Shown: positions 1 through 4,307 of the stretch, piece by piece
How positions within the stretch are numbered: position 1 is the first letter of the stretch
Layout: each line of letters begins with the position of its first letter
IMG/VR virus record: IMGVR_UViG_2740892423_000017
Strand: one strand, 5' to 3'
DNA: 4,307 nucleotides
From: a virus
Taxonomy: Duplodnaviria; Heunggongvirae; Uroviricota; Caudoviricetes
Translations under genes and position numbers: made by a program
The notes under the pieces: model-generated
What the model saw: only the letters and a program-made list of their open reading frames with translations
The model's database searches: none
What the model was told of the DNA's origin: nothing

Positions 1-1
1 T

Positions 2-115
2 GTGGAACAAGGAGCACTGACTCCATTTGGTCGTGAAACGCTTGCTGAACTTCACAACAGCTTTATAGCTGAACTGAATGAAAACGGCATGCCAGCGGAA
101 CCAGTGACGCACTGA
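2..115 (+). CDS. 3' end of an upstream gene (partial, last 37 codons), unknown function
   Basis: Frame 2 is open from the window edge to TGA at 113-115 (VEQGALTPFGRETLAELHNSFIAELNENGMPAEPVTH*). Same strand as, and 10 nt upstream of, the next start. GAGG/GGAG (115-123) just after the stop serves as RBS for the ATG at 126. Too short to assign function. Confidence 0.4.
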   Translation: MEQGALTPFGRETLAELHNSFIAELNENGMPAEPVTH

Positions 116-125
116 GGATGGAGCC

Positions 126-467
126 ATGATTACTAAAAATTTCCGACTGAATGCGCTGGCAAATAAGTATGCGTCAGCACTGTATAACCACATTACCTCC
201 ACCAGCGGCGGGGACTATTTCATGATTGATGCGGACGGAGAGGCCGTCCGTGTGGAAATCGTCAATGGAGTAAAAGGCGTTCGCAGCCTGATCGATAGCT
301 ACACACTGGCAGCCATGAAAGTGTTCTACCCGCAGTGGGAAACCGTGGGGATCGAGCTTCTTGATCGTTGCGTCACTAAGGACAGATTGACTGACGTCGG
401 GCGTGAGATATGGCAAAGCATGGTTAATGACATGGGCGCAACTGTAGCGGGAGGTTCTCATGCGTGA
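126..467 (+). CDS. hypothetical small protein (113 aa), first of two small ORFs coupled to the primase-helicase gene
   Basis: ATG at 126 preceded by GAGGATGGAG (115-124) as Shine-Dalgarno. Clean 113-codon frame; its stop overlaps the next start (ATGCGTGA at 460-467). No motif I can recognise. Confidence 0.7.
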   Translation: MITKNFRLNALANKYASALYNHITSTSGGDYFMIDADGEAVRVEIVNGVKGVRSLIDSYTLAAMKVFYPQWETVGIELLDRCVTKDRLTDVGREIWQSMVNDMGATVAGGSHA

Positions 468-831
468 AAATGTAGAAATGGCGCTTAGCTCCGCAATCGG
501 AGAGCAGGTGGCAAAGATTGCTGGTGCTGTGTGGATTCATAACCTTCATTCTACTGGTGAAGAGAAAATGGCAATTCAGACGCCAGAGGGACGCACCATT
601 ACTACATCTCTGAAGCCGTCAGATGTTTGTGATCTGATTTGCGCATTCATGTACCCAGCAATGAGGACTGTCCACGGCGATAAGTGGAAACTTGCGACAA
701 CCGCTGAATTTGATATGTGGCTAAACAATGATGGCATGCTGACTGATTACGGAATAACCAAGTGGCAGATGCTGGTTAGCCATATCGCAAACGCTATAGA
801 CCACGTGGGGTACGGTGATGCGAAACATTGA
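460..831 (+). CDS. hypothetical small protein (123 aa), second small ORF, translationally coupled on both sides
   Basis: ATG at 460 overlaps the upstream stop by 8 nt, with GGGAGG (448-453) as SD. Stop TGA at 829-831 lies 14 nt inside the primase ORF. No recognisable domain. Confidence 0.7.
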   Translation: MRENVEMALSSAIGEQVAKIAGAVWIHNLHSTGEEKMAIQTPEGRTITTSLKPSDVCDLICAFMYPAMRTVHGDKWKLATTAEFDMWLNNDGMLTDYGITKWQMLVSHIANAIDHVGYGDAKH

Positions 832-3274
832 TCTTATCCGTCAGGTTATCAGTGCGTCTGAAAACAACTGGCCTCATGTGCTGGGCTGCCTGAACATAAA
901 TGTCCCTGACTCTCCGCGCCGTCATGCTCCCTGCCCTGCATGTGGTGGAAAAGACCGTTTCAGATTCGACGACAACGGGCGCGGTAGCTTTATCTGCAAC
1001 CAGTGTGGCGCTGGTGACGGGCTGGATTTAATCAAGCGGGTTAACAACTGCGACACCACGGAGGCGGCACAGCTTGCCGCTGACGTGCTGGGTATTGATT
1101 ACCGGGCAGCGCAAACCGACCCGGCGGCAGCGAGCCATAGAAGAGAGCAACTGGAAGCCGACCGCCAGCAGCGTGAGCAGGAGCGCCAGAAACAGGCAGC
1201 AGAGGACGCAGAGCAGCGAAGGGCTACGTTTGCCCATCTGTATGCCGGAATGCGCCAGAGTGCCACACAGGGCGAATCTGATTACCTGCAATCAAAAGGG
1301 CTGACCGGGTTTAACTATCCGGTTATGCCGGATGGTTCGTTATTGCTGGAGCTGGTGGACGAATCCGGCGCAGTGGCAGCAGCGCAAACCATTACACCGC
1401 AGGGAGAGAAGCGACTCCTGACAGGTTCAGCAAAGCGCGGGGCATATCACGCCGTAAACGCGCCAGAATCGCCGCAGAGCGTTTTAATTGCCGAGGGGCT
1501 GGCTACCGCTCTGTCTGTTCACCTGATGCGCCCGGACGCGCTGGCAGTGGCAGCAATTGACGCCGGGAACCTGATCCACGTTGCCGGAGTAATGCGCCGG
1601 AAATACCCGCAGTCGCAAATTATTATCGCCGCAGATAACGACCACCCTACAGCAGCCTCCGAAACCGGAGCCACCAACATCGGGAAGGAGGCCGCAGAGA
1701 AAGCAGCTTTATCCGTGGCTGGCTGGGTATCGCTGCCACCGACTGACAGCAAAGCTGACTGGAACGACTACCACCAGCAACACGGGCTGGAAGTCGCTAC
1801 GGCTGCGATTAACGATTCGATGTACCGGCCGCAGGGGGAATGCGTGAAACCACAACTACAGGCCATTGCTGGCGGTAAATCCCGCCGTAAAGCCGATGTC
1901 GGAGATATTGCACAAATGGCAGCCAGCCAGAAAGCGCGGTTGCTTTCATCTCGATGGGATATGTTGGCGGTTAACCCAGATAGTGGCACTGTTTACTGCT
2001 ACGAATCTGGCGTATGGGTGAAGCTACCAGACAGCGAATTAGAAAGGGTTATGGTGGCAATTTTCGACGAGCACGAAGCCCACTACACCGAAAAGGGGAT
2101 TAAATCGGTTGTCGCAACCATGAAGCTGCAAATACCGGTAATTGGTGAGCGGAGCGGGGATCTGATTGGTTTTGATAACGGCGTTTATGACCTCGCTACG
2201 CAGACGTTTTCCGCCCATTCGCCGGGTAACTGGCTGATGAACCACAATGGGATCACCTACACCCCGCCAGCGCCGGGGGAAAATATTACCACCAGCGCCC
2301 CCAATTTTACCCGTTGGCTGAATCATGCAACGGCTGGCGACCATCATAAGGCCGAGCGTATCAAAGCAGCCTTGTTTATGGTGCTGGCGAAGCGTCACGA
2401 CTGGCAGCTATTCATTGAGATAACTGGCGAGGGCGGCAGTGGGAAATCCGTATTCAGCAGCATAGCCGTATCACTGGCAGGTGAGCACAACACAGCCAGC
2501 GCCAGCATGGGAGCGCTAGACACAGCCAGAGGGCGGGCGCAGCTTGTAGGAAAAAGCCTGATTATCATGCCAGACCAGACCCGCTATGTTGGCGAAGGCG
2601 CAGGGATAAAGGCCATTACAGGCGGCGACCCAGTAGAGATTGATGGTAAGTATGAAAAGCAGTTCACCACCGTGCTAAATGCCGTTGTTCTCGCAACCAA
2701 CAACGAACCAATGACCTTTACCGAGCGCAACGGGGGCATTGCCCGCCGCCGTGTGATATTCCCGTTCGATAATCCGGTATCAGAAGCGGAGAAAGACCCC
2801 GACCTGACAGCGAAGATCTGCCGTGAAATGCCGGTAATTATTCGTCACTTGCTGGCAATGTTTGCCGACCAGAACAAAGCTAAAGCGCTTTTAATCGAGC
2901 AGCGCGATTCCGCAGAGGCGTTGGGCGTTAAGCGCGGGACAGATCCGGTCATAGACATGTGCGCGGCCTTGTATTTTATGAACGAGCCGAAGGGAATGAT
3001 GATGGGGGGAGGAACGTGGGCAGGACAGCCAGAGCCGAGAACTTACCTGTATCACCTTTATTTGGCCTTTATGGAATATCACGGGCTAGGGAAGCCGCTT
3101 TCCGTCAACAAGTTCTCACGGGCGATTAAATCAGCCGCCAGAGAATACAGGGCTAACTACCTGACACGCAGCATTAACGGCAGAGCGCAGACGAACGTTG
3201 GGATCAATGAGTTGGCGGAGGAGTTTATACCGCGAGCATATGGCAGCAGCACCGCCGAAGGGGGTGATGAATAG
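818..3274 (+). CDS. DNA primase-helicase, phage P4 alpha-like (N-terminal Zn-ribbon, TOPRIM primase, D5_N-like region, SF3/P-loop NTPase, C-terminal putative origin-binding region)
   Basis: An 819-codon frame from GTG 815; I prefer ATG 818 (GGGG at 807-810 as SD). Zn-ribbon C-x2-C...C-x2-C (CPACGGKDRFRFDDNGRGSFICNQCG, nt ~932-1006). TOPRIM glutamate in IAEGLATALS (GAG at 1493-1495), resembling the EGYATA primase motif of P4 alpha as I recall it, and acidic cluster IIIAADNDH (~nt 1620-1645). FDNGVYDL motif typical of D5_N/P4-family primase C-terminal domain. Walker A GEGGSGKS (nt 2426-2449) and Walker-B-like LIIMPD. Stop TAG 3272-3274. Confidence 0.93.
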   Translation: MRNIDLIRQVISASENNWPHVLGCLNINVPDSPRRHAPCPACGGKDRFRFDDNGRGSFICNQCGAGDGLDLIKRVNNCDTTEAAQLAADVLGIDYRAAQTDPAAASHRREQLEADRQQREQERQKQAAEDAEQRRATFAHLYAGMRQSATQGESDYLQSKGLTGFNYPVMPDGSLLLELVDESGAVAAAQTITPQGEKRLLTGSAKRGAYHAVNAPESPQSVLIAEGLATALSVHLMRPDALAVAAIDAGNLIHVAGVMRRKYPQSQIIIAADNDHPTAASETGATNIGKEAAEKAALSVAGWVSLPPTDSKADWNDYHQQHGLEVATAAINDSMYRPQGECVKPQLQAIAGGKSRRKADVGDIAQMAASQKARLLSSRWDMLAVNPDSGTVYCYESGVWVKLPDSELERVMVAIFDEHEAHYTEKGIKSVVATMKLQIPVIGERSGDLIGFDNGVYDLATQTFSAHSPGNWLMNHNGITYTPPAPGENITTSAPNFTRWLNHATAGDHHKAERIKAALFMVLAKRHDWQLFIEITGEGGSGKSVFSSIAVSLAGEHNTASASMGALDTARGRAQLVGKSLIIMPDQTRYVGEGAGIKAITGGDPVEIDGKYEKQFTTVLNAVVLATNNEPMTFTERNGGIARRRVIFPFDNPVSEAEKDPDLTAKICREMPVIIRHLLAMFADQNKAKALLIEQRDSAEALGVKRGTDPVIDMCAALYFMNEPKGMMMGGGTWAGQPEPRTYLYHLYLAFMEYHGLGKPLSVNKFSRAIKSAAREYRANYLTRSINGRAQTNVGINELAEEFIPRAYGSSTAEGGDE

Positions 3275-3287
3275 TTTACCCCTGATT

Positions 3288-3306
3288 TATCCCTACCTAT
3301 CCCTAC
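3288..3306. repeat. iteron cluster 1: two direct copies of TATCCCTAC (3288-3296, 3298-3306)
   Basis: Direct reading: ttatccctacctatccctac, copies spaced 10 bp. Confidence 0.8.
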
Positions 3307-3346
3307 AAAGTCATTTAAGGCCAGTAATGACGGGGCTTGTAGACTG

Positions 3347-3392
3347 GTAGGGATATATATATTTATCCCTACATATCCCTACATATCCCTAC
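3347..3392. repeat. iteron cluster 2: inverted copy GTAGGGAT (3347-3354), 10-bp AT-only spacer (3355-3364), then three direct copies of ATATCCCTAC (to 3392) at 10-bp phasing
   Basis: Direct reading: GTAGGGAT-atatatattt-ATCCCTAC forms a perfect 8-bp inverted repeat around a pure A/T spacer, a plausible DNA-unwinding element. It is followed by ATATCCCTAC ATATCCCTAC. Confidence 0.8.
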
Positions 3393-3430
3393 TAAACAAG
3401 AAGCCACGCATAACCGTTTTTTGGTATTTG

Positions 3431-3459
3431 GTAGGGATAGGTAGGGATAAGTAGGGGTA
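3431..3459. repeat. iteron cluster 3: three reverse-orientation copies GTAGGGATA, GTAGGGATA, GTAGGGGTA at 10-bp phasing
   Basis: Direct reading: gtagggatag gtagggataa gtaggggtag. A degenerate forward copy (tgCCCTAC, 3469-3476) follows after an A-rich spacer. Confidence 0.8.
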
Positions 3460-3515
3460 GAAAAACAATGCCCTACCAGCCTGAAAGCCGCGCCACATAT
3501 GGGTTTTATCGATTG

Positions 3516-3533
3516 GTAGGGATTGGTAGGGAT
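3516..3533. repeat. iteron cluster 4: two reverse-orientation copies of TTGGTAGGGAT at 10-bp phasing
   Basis: Direct reading: gattggtagggattggtagggata. Lies about 35 bp upstream of the next ORF, so it may overlap that gene's promoter. Confidence 0.75.
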
Positions 3534-3565
3534 ATTACACCCCCAAAAAGATTCACAGGGGGGGT

Positions 3566-3775
3566 ATGATTCAGCTAAAGGGCGAAAAAATGAACGAACA
3601 TCATAAAAAGCAGATCGAAGTTGTTAGAGAGATTGAAGCGCAGGGGTTCACCGCGCAGGAGGCGGCGGCCTTGTTACTGGCTGGCGAATTATCCCGACTA
3701 AATGACAGCATGGACTACCTGAAACGAGCCGCTGGGAATATTGACGACACGTTATCAAGAATGGAGTGCGCTTAA
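3566..3775 (+). CDS. hypothetical small protein (69 aa from ATG 3566; 61 aa if translation starts at ATG 3590), predicted mostly helical, translationally coupled to the downstream SSB-like gene
   Basis: ATG 3566 sits 1 nt after a G7 run, which is poor SD spacing. The in-frame ATG at 3590 has AAGGG (3578-3582) 7 nt upstream and is the more likely start. Stop TAA 3773-3775 overlaps the next ATG (TAATG). No recognisable motif; the stretch FTAQEAAALLLAGELSRL could be a DNA-binding helix, but that is speculative. Confidence 0.6.
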   Translation: MIQLKGEKMNEHHKKQIEVVREIEAQGFTAQEAAALLLAGELSRLNDSMDYLKRAAGNIDDTLSRMECA

Positions 3776-4209
3776 TGACAGCACAAATTTCAGCATACGG
3801 GCGGCTGGTGGACGAGCCGCAGGTAAAACAGACCAGCAAAGGCACAAGCATGACGCTGGCACGCATGGCGGTATCAGTGCCGTGCCATAACGCAGACGAC
3901 GGGCAGGCGACGCTATGGCTTGCCGTAACTGCCTTTGGCAGACAGGCCGACGCACTGGCAAAGCACCACAAAGGCGACCTTGTGAGCGTGGCGGGTAACA
4001 TGCAGGTGAACCAGTGGACAGGCCAGAACGGCGAAACGCGGCAGGGCTGGCAGGTTATCGCAGACAGCGTAATCAGTGCGCGAACGGTGCGACAGGGAGG
4101 CAAAAATAGCCAGCGGGGACAGGCGACGGACGCGCTGAGACGTGCGCAGCAGTCAACCCGTGATGAATACGACCAGCGCCCACCATTCGACGATGAAGCG
4201 CCATTCTGA
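3775..4209 (+). CDS. ssb: single-stranded DNA-binding protein (SSB-like OB-fold protein, 144 aa) with acidic C-terminal tip ...FDDEAPF
   Basis: ATG 3775 overlaps the upstream stop, with GGAG (3763-3766) 8 nt upstream; the ORF track's 3766 start is a GTG 9 nt further upstream in the same frame. The translation aligns by eye to E. coli SSB: [19 protein letters not shown] vs [40 protein letters not shown] vs [38 protein letters not shown] vs LRTRKWTDQSGQDRY. The tail PPFDDEAPF matches the SSB tip MDFDDDIPF. The linker is much shorter than in E. coli SSB. Confidence 0.85.
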   Translation: [144 protein letters not shown]

Positions 4210-4219
4210 GGGGGGGGGG
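4210..4219. repeat. G10 homopolymer tract in the 15-nt gap between the SSB stop and the next ATG
   Basis: Direct reading: tga-GGGGGGGGGG-tgaac-ATG. It is positioned where the Shine-Dalgarno of the downstream gene should be. Confidence 0.9.
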
Positions 4220-4224
4220 TGAAC

Positions 4225-4307
4225 ATGGTAAACGACAGCAAAGCTGAGGATCTGGAAGCAAAAGGGCTGTACCGACGCGCCGCCGCGCGATGGATGGAAG
4301 TCATGCT
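4225..4307 (+). CDS. 5' end of a gene running off the window (27 codons visible); possible PerC-family small transcriptional regulator
   Basis: ATG 4225 lies 5 nt after the G-run and the frame is open to the window end: MVNDSKAEDLEAKGLYRRAAARWMEVM. The segment AE-LE--GL-RRAA-RW--V matches what I remember as the conserved N-terminal signature of PerC/Pch-like regulators. This is recall, not a search result. Confidence 0.45.
   Translation, partial: MVNDSKAEDLEAKGLYRRAAARWMEVM

Larger units (their letters stand above)
3288..3533. promoter_or_regulatory. putative iteron-type origin of replication (ori) immediately downstream of the primase-helicase gene
   Basis: Non-coding 291-bp gap between the primase stop (3274) and the next ATG (3566). 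It holds at least 12 copies of the 8-9 bp motif TATCCCTAC or its reverse complement GTAGGGATA in four clusters with 10-bp phasing, plus an AT-rich spacer between inverted copies. Assignment as ori is by analogy with satellite and plasmid iteron origins placed 3' of their initiator gene. Confidence 0.6.

Noticed and set aside
174-461. 95-aa minus-strand ORF antisense to the first small ORF
   Set aside because: Completely overlapped by the + strand ORF that fits the coupled operon, and it has no RBS or motif. Likely spurious, though with both ORFs unannotated this rests mainly on operon context.
1028-3082. Several 60-120 aa ORFs inside the primase-helicase gene (1028-1291 -, 1074-1304 +, 1519-1752 -, 1768-1989 -, 2039-2398 -, 2891-3082 -)
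   Set aside because: All lie entirely within the strongly supported 819-aa frame, have compositionally odd translations and lack RBS context. They are shadow ORFs.
3285-3296. Resemblance of the iteron (ATTTATCCCTAC) to a DnaA box (TTATCCACA)
   Set aside because: It matches only 7 of 9 positions, and the element encodes its own initiator-type primase-helicase. Iteron binding by that protein is the simpler explanation. Weak DnaA binding is not excluded.
3288-3533. Possibility that the short repeats are a CRISPR array
   Set aside because: The repeat unit is only 8-10 bp with 1-2 bp between copies and appears in both orientations. CRISPR repeats are roughly 28-37 bp, same orientation, separated by unique spacers of similar length.
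3506-3538. Candidate sigma70 promoter (TTGGTA-type -35 with GATATT/TATTAC -10) overlapping iteron cluster 4
   Set aside because: The hexamers are weak and the spacing I can count (12-14 bp) is suboptimal. I cannot support a specific promoter call from sequence alone.
3755-4261. Minus-strand ORFs 3755-3961 and 4073-4261
   Set aside because: Antisense to the SSB gene, Arg/Pro/Cys-rich low-complexity translations. Spurious.
3648-4304. 218-aa ORF on the minus strand, antisense to the SSB-like gene
   Set aside because: The translation is low-complexity (Ser/Ala/Cys/Pro/Arg-rich) with no recognisable fold or start context, and it fully overlaps a well-supported SSB gene. It is typical of a spurious antisense frame in GC-rich coding DNA.
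1-4307. Integrase, att site, tRNA, toxin-antitoxin or a recognisable defence gene (nuclease, ATPase-plus-effector)
   Set aside because: None found. The only P-loop is the helicase core of the primase. There is no tRNA-like structure and no flanking direct repeats suggesting att sites within this window.

Overview
This 4.3-kb window reads as the replication module of an enterobacterial mobile element, most likely a P4-like phage satellite or PICI-type island. All supported genes are on the + strand, tightly packed and mostly overlapping, consistent with one operon. In order: the 3' end of an upstream gene (2-115); two small overlapping ORFs of unknown function (126-467, 460-831); a large P4 alpha-like primase-helicase (818-3274) with Zn-ribbon, TOPRIM and Walker A motifs; a 290-bp non-coding region of phased 8-9 bp iterons that is the probable origin of replication (3288-3533); a small helical protein (3566-3775); a short SSB-like protein with an acidic C-terminal tip (3775-4209); a G10 homopolymer (4210-4219); and the start of a possible PerC-like regulator (4225-window end). 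I do not see a recognisable defence system (no nuclease, toxin or CRISPR signature). The best candidates for something undescribed are the two small ORFs coupled to the primase and the small-protein + SSB pair downstream of the origin; both are hypotheses. All calls are from reading the sequence and recalled family motifs; no database search was run.
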